64,000 nucleotides of DNA from Lingula anatina (lineage: Eukaryota; Animalia; Brachiopoda). Of the stretch, positions 36,364 to 50,113 are shown piece after piece. The stretch is taken from positions 18,622,534 to 18,686,533 of the forward strand of contig CM120644.1 of assembly GCA_051362555.1 (NCBI GenBank), given 5' to 3'. Each line of letters starts with the position of its first letter. Positions within the stretch are counted from its first letter, which is position 1. Under the pieces are notes generated by a model. It was not told the DNA's origin. It worked only from the letters and a program-made list of their open reading frames with translations, and made no database searches. The translations under genes and the position numbers were made by a program.

Positions 36364-39300
36364 CTTGTCTTATAATATTACCGCCAGATATAATTAACCA
36401 CACACCTCATCAAAATCTGCAATGATTTCATTGAGCAACCTGAGACACTCCACCCCTTCATTGTTGCCTTCCAGCTCTATGTAAAACTCACTGAAGTTAG
36501 GTATTGAGGCAAACATCACACACACATTATCACAGCCCTGGTAATACAGATCCTGAAATGTGGTAGAGGAAACATATTAAATGTGATAGAGGAGACAATA
36601 CAAAATATACTGGAGAATATGGCATGCAATGGGGCAGAAATGTATGAGATTAGAGTCGAAAAAAGATCATGCATAATATTTAATAAAACAAAAACAAGAA
36701 CACAAAGTTTTCAGCTTAAATATATCCTGTAAAAACAATAAAGAAAATTTTCAGAACTAAATTTCTATTCCAAATTATGGAGCTAAATCTACATTCCTCT
36801 AAATGGTTGATGAAAATTATAGGCTAAGTTACCTCATCTTTTTTATTTTGACTTTTAAGGAAATGTTCAGCAACATGAAGTGGTAAAATATTGGCAAGAA
36901 GCTTCATGTTGTACGCTCTCAAATTTTCCATTTCTTCTTTTTCCTCAGTTGCCTAAAAATATTAAAGAATATTTTTATGAAATAAATTCATTGTTTCTTT
37001 TTCATATCTTTAAGCCCTGACACATTATCAATATGAAAAGTGGTCTGCATCTTGTATATTTTTGTCTACTGGAACTGAAATATGACAATAACAAATCCAG
37101 GTTTTTAGTGACCCAAAGATAAAAAAACACAGGGTACAGCTACAGTAATTACTTAATCTTCTAAATGGGAGAAAAATTCTGAATTTTACAGACACTATTG
37201 TATCAAGTCATAACTTCTTGCAATACGAAAATTCCTACTGAGTGGCAGCAACAAAACGGAAAAGCAGGCCACCTTGTATTTCTATTCTTTACAGTAAAAA
37301 CACCACAAATGCTACATAAAAATAATTTATGATTCCAAACTTATGTATCTAAAAAATACATCATTTTTCCTCTTTGAAAAGATTTTTACATTACAGTAAT
37401 GAAAATGTAATTTTAAAACAGCATCCAAAGTTTCCATTATTCCCAATCGACCAGTTACACCCAAAAATCCAATTTATTTTCACAAGTCCATTCCCACATC
37501 TGTTGACCAATTTAACTCAAAGCATACACTAATGGTTTGGATTGCACACATAAAGTGATCTACAACAACAAGTGGATATAACTGTACAAAATGAAATAAG
37601 GTCTACATCTCTATGACATCACCTGTTTGATATCACTTAATATATTATCATTCACTTTTCATACTTAAATTCACATTTTAACATTCAGCCATAAGTATCA
37701 CTTATAACCTGTATTTTAGCATTCAACCATTACCTGTAACTTCCACAGGAAGTCCAGCCTGGCAGTGGACTCTACGATTTGTGCGTGTATGCAGAGTGCG
37801 ATAACGAAAACGAGTAGAATGATAACAGTCACCCACTCTATTGGAATGGTCGTACTTGGATCTGAGGTCTCTTGGCTGGAATAGAAAAACCAGCGTGAAA
37901 AATATTAACCTATATGTGCAATAATGATAGTTCTTAAATGCAAAACAGCTGTATCCCTAATGTTTCACTGCAAAATCACACTATGTGAAAATTTGAAAAG
38001 AAATCAAAAGAGCAGATTTGTACTTATAACAATGTTAATTTCTAAATTAAAAAACAAAATAATGTAACTGTTTTACTTCTACTTCAAAGAAATACAGGCC
38101 CGTTGCCAGGGGGTTCGGGGAATTCCAAAGACTCGCCTTTTTGCTTGGAAAAGGTCCCCTCTGGGTAAAATTTCATTTAGGTACACGAAGGTTTCATGGT
38201 AAAAGGTCCACTTTAAAAAAAGCCTCTTATGAAATTGCTAGCTATGGGCCTGAAATGAGTCATTTATTTGTGATGTATGTGTAAAGTGTAAGTTGTGACA
38301 GACAAGTGTGTTAGCAGTGACAAAGTGTGTTAGTTGTGACGGAGCAGTGTATTAGCTGTGACAAAGATGTGTTAGTTGTGACAACAGTGCCAAATGTGAC
38401 ACACTCTAAAACTCACCCACTATGAGCAAACACAATGAAGTCTCTATTCCTGAACAAGTTGATGTGGGTCACCAACACCAGCACTGTGTAGCACAGACCC
38501 ATCAGCAACAGTAGCACCAGTTTCAGTATGCTGCTTGCCTGGAGAAACACTGCACTGGATATCATGGCAAGAGCCACACAGAATGTGTAGTACTGGAGAG
38601 AAAAATGAAAAAAAAATTTTCTTTAAAAACATGCATAATAAATAGTAATGACTCTATCTTTTCAGTGGGGAAAAATTGTGAATCTTACACTTGCTGTATT
38701 TCTTAAGTCATAAATTTTTAAAATATCGAGTGGTAGCAACAAAATTGAAAAGTAGACTGCATTACAGTTCCATTCTTTGCCATAAAAGCAAATGTTACAA
38801 ATGTTATAGGGTTATATATTTTAAACAATTCTAAAATAATGTATCTGAAAGATTATCATACATATGTGAAAAAATAATATTACATACTGCAGCAATGAAA
38901 TACTATATTTATTACTATTATCCAGAAAATTCAAAGTTATAAAAAGAACTGTTAAAATTATATTCTTTGAATTTATCTATTGTAAAAACTTCATGAATAA
39001 ATTTAAAACATGGATAGGACAAAAACGATCTCACCACCATTGATAAACATCAGCTATGAAAAGATGACCCTGCACAAACATTAAGCACTGGCATCAATCA
39101 CATACTGGTAAGTGCAACAACTGCACTGAAGTGAATATTAAACAAAATACTAACCGAAGGAATCACAAGTCCACTTACCTCTGGATAATATGTAGTTGGC
39201 ATCACATTATGGCAAATATTATTGAAGTCCAAGAAAGAGATATTCATTTCAAATAAGTGTGTCCTATTGACAGTGTCTTCAGAGATATTGAGGTAATTGG

Positions 39301-41416
39301 CAAGGCAAGAGTACAGGCTAGACGTATCAACAGCAATCTGGAACAGCATGTATATTGTGTTAGCTGTGACAAAATAATGTGTTGGTTGTTATATTATTAG
39401 GATAAAAGCTGCTGGCTGAAACAGCATATAAATTGTGTATCAGTTGTGACAAAAATGAGGTGCTGGTTGTGGCAGTAATTACTATGAGGTAAAAACTTCA
39501 ATCTGGAATAGCACGTACATTGTGTTAATTGTGGCAAAATGACATGTAATTGTGACATCACTCAGCTCTTCTGTCAATAGGATTGTTACAATATCTCCAC
39601 TTAATTTCTTCACATAATTCATGTTCATAAAAATTACCCTATGTCACATAAAACAACTAAATAAATATTATAAACAACTTCCTCAAAGAGTTGCCTGTGA
39701 TAAAAATTGATACAAATATTTCATCATTAAGTGTTAGTAGACATTTCAATGAATCATGCAGGGCTGTTTAATATCTAAAGGAAAGATCTATGATACTTGA
39801 AAAAGCAATGAAAATCTTAAAAGTAGGTACTTGGAAATATCCCCACATCTTTTATTAAAATAGCTGATACTGTTTAGCATATACATCAAATGTTTTGCAA
39901 GGTGTTACCCTTACCCTTAGGCACTAAAATGAAATAAATATCCCAACTCTCCAAGTTTAAAATCTTAAACTTAGTCTAGTAGGATTCAAAAATGAAGCCA
40001 ATGCAATAATTTCCTAGTTTGTTCAGCAAGTAACAAAGTTTTTCAATGTGTCCATACTCACAATTGAAAAGCACCCTGCTGCGTAGATAATGATCACTGT
40101 GGTTGCCGTGACGGCATGAGCCAACACTCTGTTCACTGCTATTTTAGTAGACAGCATTCTGACACTTTTTGGAGAAAACTGAAAAATACGACAGCAGTTT
40201 AAATTGTTAATATAGAAATACTGACCAAAGACTGGATCTCATCACAATGAATTACTTAGAGAATAACAAAATTTTCCTATGAATTTCCCCCAATCAGTCA
40301 AAAGTCATTTTTTTACATCATATAATATCTAAATTAAATATTGTCACATGATATTATTTTGACGTATATTTCCTTCCATTTTATAACAAAACTGTTAATC
40401 ACTCTGAAAAAGGTGACAGCATTTGACAGTATAGTCTCAAGGCTGTGTTATTGTAGTGGTTGTGATATCTTTTTGTGTTGTAATATTTGATTATATTAAT
40501 TGCATAAGCTGTGCTATACCTTCATGTGTAATAACATCTGATTATGTTGATTGTGTTAGTTGTGAAGTACTTTCTGTTGTCACATCTGGTTGTGTTGATT
40601 GTATTAGTTGTGCTATACCTTGTGTTGTAACATCTGATTGTGTTGATTGTGTTAGTTGTGAAGTACTTTCTGTTGTTACATCTGATTGTGTTGATTGTGT
40701 TAGTTGGGCTATACCTAGTGTTGTTACATTTGATTTTGTTGATTGGGATTGTTATGACATACCTTGATGTGTTCAGCTGCTACCATTAGGGTAAGACACA
40801 CAAGCAAGAAGACACAAATAAGAAAGACAACGGTCATAAGTGAAGAGCTAGAAAAAAAAAGAAAAGTTATAGATTTAAAGTTAAAAATCTGTAATCTACT
40901 CACATAAGAAGCACATGCCATACAAAGATTAAATATTTAATTTCAAACAAAAAATGGTTTCTTTAAGCTATTACATATTTAAATGCAAATGCACACATTT
41001 GGTACAAAAAAGTATATTTATATCAAGGTTTTTAAAGTTACGTATCTCTCCCAAATGCTTTAATTCTTCCAGTAATTGTTACCTTTGAATTTTCATATAC
41101 ATATTATTTTTATCTCACCTTTCCCATATTTAACATATACCTATACGTACTGATATATATATTGCAAATATACATATTCCTATACCTCCTGCACCCACCT
41201 TGGAACAATTGTCACTTGTGCCAAGCATATACAGATCACCATGGCCAGGGCACAGCCCATATGGGAGGTAAACATTGTGTCACGCACACGAGAATACTAG
41301 AAAATTAGAAAAAAATTTATACTGAATATTGACTGAAGATATATACAGCACTCACATGTACCTGCATCTATGTGTCTGTTTTATTACCTCTCTTTCTCTC
41401 TCCAATCTGCATGCAC

Positions 41417-41476
<60 letters not shown>

Positions 41477-44400
41477 GAAGAAGAAAATACCCTCTAATAC
41501 GTTTACATGTTAGAAAAGAATTTTATAAGCTGATTAAATGAACATCACATGCCCTACACATACATACAGAGTGGTAGGAATGAAACTGAGAATACCATAA
41601 GAATACTATACTATGGATTTATAATTTTTACAACTGTATTAATTTTTCTAGATCTCGAATATTAACCCCACATAGTGTTTATGTCTGTTTGTTGATTTGC
41701 AGAATGAAATCACAATTCAGTTTGAGTGCCTTTGTTCAAATTCGATTGCTTAATTTTCACCCCAAAAGCTGAATCTTTTAATGCACAAGCATGTAATTTT
41801 AAAATAAAAAGTTACACTAATATGTTGAAGTCATAAAAATACAGTTATGATATCTATCTATCTTTGGCCATTCATTCTACTGCAGTTAGTGGGCACACCT
41901 TTTCCTCCAGTTCAGGTTTACGGAATGTAAGAAGAATACGTTTCACATGCTCTGATCGCAAGCGGTCAATACTCCGAGCATCAATAGCACGACTCAGGTA
42001 TTCATTGACCTCTTCTTCAGGGCTCTTGCTGCTCTTCTGCTCACCAAACCCAAGCCTAAATGGTAGGGAGATTATCATTGGTTAGTATAAAAGTAAAAAG
42101 CCATGCCCAATGGTAGAGGGAATGTTATTGGTTAGTGTGGAAGCTAAATGCCACGAATAAAATAGTATGGGCACAGAAACATTTCTGTGAAACAGTACAA
42201 TTCAATGGTTAATATGAGTTGGTTTGAAAACCTTGGACTAATTAAAAAGTTCATAGGGGAAAAGCATTAAATATGAGGGTCAAAAATATATACTGAAAGG
42301 TATAAGCAAAACATTCTTCATAAATATAAAATATTATGGCTTTTGTGGTGGTTTATACACTTACTTGTTATGGATATTTGTTTGCGAGTCATATGCTCCA
42401 AGACGCCTCATTTCCTTACTCAGTCCATTATCAACAGACTTCTTATCATTCAACTTTCCAGGACTGGGACTTTTTGTCTTAAAAATAGAAAAAAACACAT
42501 ACAAAGATATCACACATTTAATTACAACTAGAATTATTTCCACTGGGATATTTCAACAACATTTCATAACTGAAGTAATCATATAATTTTTGCAGTTTCA
42601 TTGAAGTCAGTAAAACTAGGGAGTATTTTCATAAGTGGGTTTCTAGATCTTTCTTACTAGTAACAATTAACATGTAGATAGAAGTTATTTCTTCTGACAA
42701 TGGTTATTACTATATATGTATTGGGTCACATGAGGAATTGTAAGTCTTTGGTATCAGACAACTAGGAGCTGAACAAACAACCTTACTGCACTCTACAATC
42801 CAAGATCACCAATTAATTCACCTCAAATAAACTATATAGACACTGACAATGACTTACAGTTAAAAATAGAAAGCAGTTTCCTTTTACCTGAAAATTCCTA
42901 TCCATGGGTTCTATCACTAAGTATGTGTTAATTTTCTGTTCCTTTATATACGCATTTCTTTCATCCCCTTGCCCCGACTCCACCTCGTAGTCGTCATTAA
43001 GGTACAGCAGTGTCACTTCCGTCACATGCACACGTCTGATGAAAAAATGATATCAATCAAGTTACATTACTGCACTTTATGTGATTTCTCACGTAGTATA
43101 TATGTAAAGGTGATTTTAAAAATATCCAAGGATTTCCTCAATAGCTTTAAATCTTAGGAATAGCTTTATAAAAATTTGGACTAGGGTATGGACTTCAGTT
43201 CATAAATTGTTTTCACAGCATATAATAAATAGCAGAAATGAAGAATACAAAGTGTATATTTGAATACCCTCAAATAAAATGGATTCATCCCAGAAAAGCC
43301 CCCTCCCCTCATCAGCACTCCTTCCAACCCTGAATAAGAGTTAGCTTCCATTACAAGTTTTTCCAATCCTAGTTCTCAACCAAACTCACATACACATAGA
43401 ATTAATTCATTCTCTAAACATTTCCATTGAAATGCAAAGTATTATGAGGGAGAAAATATCTTAAAAGTGACAAAATCATTTAGAATATTATAGCAGTATA
43501 AAAATCATATTTGTTATAGCCCACTGGTTCACACATCCAACCAGTCTATTTTTTATTAATTTCTTTGTTACCAAAGGAATGCCAATAAAAAAATTCAAAC
43601 AAAGCTGAAATCAAAAACAAAACACAAATGTTCCTTGGCCCAGTATTATTTGAGAGCCACATAGGTTTATGTATCTCCACACTGACTGTAGTCATTGTAT
43701 ACAGACCCATACAATCATCAATCTGATGCTCCACAAATGACACCCCCTTTGTGTGGAGGATTTCCAAACTCCATCAAGTTAACGAGAAATCTCAGATTAC
43801 ATTACGACCAACCAGATGAAAAAGGTTAAAAAGTCAATACAATGATGTAAAAGACTCGGGTCTAATGCTGGATTATGCTAAATATAACATCAATCCCTTA
43901 TGCAAAGGAAGCTTCATCAGCTTGCCAGGAAAAATGATTTGATGAAGTCAGATGAATTATAAGCAAAGCACTGACATGTTCCATAAATATGATACTGAAA
44001 CATTCCAAACTGATCTTTTTCTGAGGAGTTCTGATTCAATTCCCATGAAGCTAAGTGTGGATTACAATATTATTGCTATTTATTTTGTTTGAAAAAGTCT
44101 AATCTGGATCAAAACTGGTTTTATGTTCTACACTGTTTTAATTAGGACCTTTTTACGGTTTGCGATATACTGTATTGTGCTTTTTTGAGAGACTGACAAC
44201 ATAATATTTTTTTTTTTATACAAAAGACAGTTATCTAAATGGAGCCCCCCCCCACCCACAACACACAAGCATGCACACACTACATGACCAGTTAACCAGA
44301 TTAATGTTGATTGGACCAAACAGTTGGAAAAATGCCCAAAAAATTCTCGATTTACATCCAAGCCGTTTTTGGAAAATCCCAGGCTTAACACTTCCTGTGA

Positions 44401-47400
44401 ATTAATAATTATTTTTCATGAAGATTTTTTGGCAACTCAATTAAGATAATTCATAATGCTCTTTATAGAACTTTATAAAGCCATTTTCAGGACTGTTTAT
44501 GAACAACATTGTATTTTCAGAGAGATCAACTGTTTTATTTACTTATCAAAATTTTATTGGTACTTACCCAGGGATTCCTCCACTCTCCATTGCATTGGCC
44601 AATGTTACGTCATTGGACCAGACATCATACTGCCATTTTTTCAATCCCAGAACCCCACAGTGGACGCGCCCGGTGTGGATTCCTACCCTCATGTTCAGCC
44701 GTTCAACACCAGTCATCTCTCGCACCAATCTGGGAAAATATGGTGATGAATATGGTGATGAATTATATCATGACATCATGATAAACGCAGATTTTATTCA
44801 GCCATTCAAATGATAGCATCTTAGAAATATGGATATAAAAAAAACTGATAAACGAGGCATTTGTTTAATGTTCCTTTTGAGTATCTTTCTTTGCAGTTAA
44901 TATCTTCAAAATTATTCATTCTTACATATCTAATTGAGTTACATTTATCTCTAAATTAATTTTTTTTAGTTTCCATTTTATGTCATCTTTTAATTACAAA
45001 AAGACAATTATTTGTTTCTAAATGTAATTGTCTTACTGGTTTTCTAAGGTGATGCAGTGTGACTGCACGCATGCATGTATACGTGCAGAGTACACTTAAA
45101 ATATCTCTCGAAACACTGAAAAAATAAACTAAATTTTTTCTTTTTTTATTACCTAATTGCATCAATCATGTCCAGTCCCATCTCCACACAACACTGAGCG
45201 TGGTCAGGGCGGGACTCAGGCAGTCCGCTGACACAGTAATAACAGTCACCGAGAATCTTAATGCGGAGGCAGTGGTTTTCTTGGGCCAGGCGATCAAACC
45301 GCGCAAATAGTTCGTTGAGAAGCTCTACCAACTCCTGAGGCGTGCACTTGCCCGAGAGCTCTGTAAAACCACAGATGTCCGCAAAGAGGATGCTGAAAAA
45401 TAAGAAGGTATCATAATACATGTATATAACAATCAATTTACATATTGTGAACATCTATTCGAGATAGTATAAATCCGATTTTGGATATTACATATATCAT
45501 ATAAACATATTTTTGACTGACAATGTCTGTCACTATATAATTGCAGGGCAAAGAAATAGATCACAAATACTAAAAAAAGAATTTATCCAGCACAGCCGAC
45601 AGAAAAGTACAGGCATTTAGTTCCCTGCAAATGCACTCATCATTAATAATAACCCTGGGCAGAAATCACATGGATTAGGTTTTTATTAATTAGACAAACA
45701 ATGGCTGTGAGCAGTCTGAAACCACAAACATGATGACTAATCCTTATTCCTGTGCCTGAAGGTGGCAACAGTACAAACCAGTTCTGAACCAAGGGTCATC
45801 ACTTGCTGTTAACCATGCAGACCCTCAATCATACTGCTTTGATGGATTTTTTTCTTTTTCCTATGCTTTTTTTTTTCTTTTTTTTTTTTTTAAGCGTGCG
45901 GGAGGGGGGGGGGGCGGGTGAATATTATAACCACTCACAAAATGTTCGGAAGAATAGAAGAAAAACAAAGACAGTTGAGACACAGTTGGGCAGGAATGCC
46001 ATGGCTATGACCCAACTGTTCTTGATAATAATGATGATGACGAATGTTGGTGGCAAGAATGGAAGTCACCTCAAGCAGGAACACTTAAATGACGAAGCGC
46101 AAAACTGATGGAATATCAGGGGAGGATCCAGAGCTATTTTCTGACAGTCTTCTAAATTATCTTTGTTGATCCATCCTGTATTTTTGACCGTCATCTGAGA
46201 GAAAAAATAAGATACCCGTCAATGTAAACTTGAAACTCTGACCATCTTCCATAAGACCCAGAAGACGGCCTCAATCCGCCCCTGAATATCTTAAAATACA
46301 ATGGGTACACCTGGTGAGGAAATTGCTAGCTTTGCCCGATCATCTCACAGGGGTCTTTTATGCAGTTTTGTAACAGAGCAGACTAAAGACACCCCAGCTG
46401 TGATCTGAGGAAGTCACTTTTAGTAAAATTTAATTTTTTATTTTCAGCAGGAGAGGGGAGAATTATTTAAAATGACATTGTATATTTAAAACTGGACGAA
46501 AGCCAGAAGCTAAGGTCAAATACAGCTAATATAATATGCATGTAACAAAACTACTTTGTTAATGAGCAGCATCTCAAATTCGGATAATCAAGAATGTCAA
46601 TACCATACCTTCCAGTCTGAAATACTGCAGCTAGTCATAGGCTCCATTCAGAACAGGGGACCAACTAGTCCGAGGGTCAAATATGGCTGACCCACTTGAA
46701 TACTTCCCCACAGGATATTTATTCAGAGTCTATAAGCGAATTAGATGGCTAGCTTTGTTGTGGGTCGCCATATTTGACCCTCGGACTAGTTAGTCCCCTA
46801 TTCTGAATGGGGTCTTATTGAACACTAGCCATTAGACTACATGTTTAAATGCACTGGTACTGAACAATGTTAATGATTTATCATAAGCTGATCTAATTAT
46901 CGGTTCTCAGTCCTGCTCGGGTAATTAATCTGCGAAAAAGAGACCCGTGGGCATCTTAGTGAATACATATGCTCAATCATATTACTGAGGAAAATAAATG
47001 TATTGAATTCTGTTCAAATGAAAACATTACATTAGTCTGATAAGGTCCTCCTTTTTTTAAGTACAAATTTCTCTACCTGTTGTTGCGATCTTGATGCAGC
47101 AGCCTGGTATTTTTTAACAAAAAATAGATAACTTTCATAAAAAAAAAAAAAAAAAAAAAACAGATGAACACATGGATGCCACGAGCATATAGTTATTTAT
47201 GACTATATTGAGAGTTAGCTTAGAGGCCTTGGAGACATCTTCAACTTTGCGCTCATGCTGATTCAATTACTTTGCTACAGCAACATGACTTGATCTGGGG
47301 GTGAAAGAATTGCAGTTACCGTTACCATAGTGACTGAAACTTTTCATATGGGAAAAAATGTGAATTTTACAAAAATGTATTTTTAAATCATAAATTCTTA

Positions 47401-49992
47401 AAAACTAGAACAATCCTATCGAGTTACACCAAAAAAACTGAAAAGTTCCGACAACCCTCAAAGTTCTAATCTATACAGTAAAAGCAGCACAAATGCTTTA
47501 TAGAATATATAACATTTTTACGATTCCAAAATTATGTATCTGGAAGATTGATATTTTCTTTTTTGATAATTTTTGCCCATTGAAAAGACTGAGTCATTAC
47601 TACACCTGCAGTCGTGTTTCCATCCTATCTCATTCCAACCCATATAATTATAAGCCGTTAGCCAAATAACAAGAAAATCACAAAAGGCAGCAAATCCAAT
47701 GAAAGTGAATATCTTCAACATCACGTACACACCAATGAAGTAAACTGTACCATAAAGCTTCAAAGTTCATGCCTTGGCATATTTCAATTTCTCGTAAATT
47801 CTACTCTAAAATGATCTCGTATGATTTCTGTCATGTCCCCATAACCAGCCGAAGACATACAAGTATATATCAATACTGAAATACACTTATATATATCTGC
47901 ACTCAAATATCTTTCATGCAGATTATATTATATAACAAGATTGAGATAAATCACCTGTATTCACAACAAACTGCCTCAAATCTCAAAGAGGGAGATGCGT
48001 GTTCAACTTGACTAGCTAGTATTAGATTTTTTTAAAGTTACGTTGTGTGAAATACTACTAAAATAAAAGGACTGACATACACAGTATTATATCTTTATGT
48101 TATTGAGAACATCATAAATTTATACAAATTAATCCATCTTGCTCTCCAGACTACCATCACATAGGCTTATTAGGTGAGACAATGGTTGTTTGACTTGGAT
48201 TCATGCAGTGAATTCAAGGATGGCCTGATGACCTGATAGCCTGAGATGATCGAGTCAGCCGAAGTTGGGTAGGTTAATCTCAACTGGAAACAGGTCTAAA
48301 GGTGTCTTCACATCAGATAGGCAAAAGCTATACTTAACTTTACTCTTTGTATCACAGGTAGGCCAGGAAACATGGTTAGCCAATGTTTAATCTGGTTGTC
48401 AGGTGAAATTTATAAATAATTAAATCTGTTAAGTGAGTCAACTTCTTAAATTGTCCTGTTTTTCTGCTTTTTTTTTTTTTTTTTTTTTGCTAAGTTAAAC
48501 TTAATGCTAAGCCTGCCTAGCCTTGAAAGCTGACTACATACAGATTACCAGGAGATATTGACCTGTAGTTCATGAAGGATTGGTCTGCAATAATTGCAAC
48601 TCCATGGTGTGTGTGCATATGTATGGGTGCATGCACGTGTGTAAATGACTTACTTAAAGGGATAATAACTCTTTGTATGAGATCTATATTTCACAATAAA
48701 AACATTGTGAATAACTCATAGAAATATAATATATTCTGTTTTACCACAAAAACAGCAGTTATAGCTATTATTCTGATATGTGAGCTTATCTTTAGACCAC
48801 GTGACCTCCATTGATGGCTATACTCTGTTAAAATCTCTTAAGAGTTTTTAACAAAAAACCAAACTTTTTAGAAAAAAACCAGGGACTAAATTTGAATGTA
48901 AAAATGGATTCATTAACCATTGGTAAGTATGGGAAAATTGTTGTTTACTCCAGGAAAATTCATTTTTTGACAGAAACGAAGAGTTATTATCACTTTAACT
49001 ATAGCCAGTGAGAGTGTAAACCCCTGTCAAGAGCCAGGTCTCAGTTTGAGTGATATCAGATGAACAACCTTTTTGATTCTATGTGAAACACAACTCTATT
49101 TTAATTCGTAGGAGCCTGCGCCGAGGTTGATAGTCGGCTAGCTTACTGTAATTACTCAGATTTAAACAACATGAATTCATCATGTTATTTGTAAGGAAAT
49201 TCTTATCAGAGTCAATTTAAATGTATGTTGATTCCAGAGTTTTGAAGTAATTTGTGAGACAGCATATTTTGTGAGGGTCCAAAATGGTACGTAAATCTTG
49301 AAAAAATAAAAGAAAAAAGTGAGACGTGTGAAAATTTCGAGCAAATTCTGCAAGTTGTTTTGTGACATTGCAGATCCAAGGTCTCAGACAAAATGATGTG
49401 GCATGTTCCAATAAAGACATTACCTAACATTCTCATGGCGCTGTATGTAGATTTTATGGAACATCGTATCCTTCACCTGACCGGCAATATCCGACTTCAT
49501 CTCCATGGCAACATGGCGTGGAAGCACTGATAACAGTAACCTTTCCTGAAAATAAAAAAGTGATACTGCATGATGAACCAAGTCACACAATGTTTATTAT
49601 ATAATATATATAATAATAATTTTAAAGACAAAAGAATTAAAATACCTTATTGTCTTGCTTTTCTTCGTCAGTATAATGTACTATGTCGTTACCTTTCAGA
49701 ATTCACCTTTGTAGTACAAACTATGCAAGGCAATAGCAGATCATGTGCCAGAATAAAAGAAAAATATTCTGGGGATTCAAGAGAATGTTTTTGCCCAACA
49801 ATAAAAATACACATCTAAAAGATATTCTATTTTATTAATGTGCATAGCGGACTTCTGGATGTAACCTGCCAGCACAAGCATGCAAGGGTCAGGAGTTCTT
49901 TTGTTGACCTTTTTGGCTTAATTAGCAAGGAAAATTGCCAAGGGCTTTTTGCCAGGGCACAGATTCTGAAGTGAAACTACGGGCAAGTTGAT

Positions 49993-50053
<61 letters not shown>

Positions 50054-50066
50054 GTGAGAGAGACGG

Positions 50067-50113
<47 letters not shown>

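Noticed and set aside
40456-40767. Cys-rich repetitive ORF resembling a metallothionein
   Set aside because: It is the translation of an intronic minisatellite, antisense to ADCY, with no ATG or splice support.
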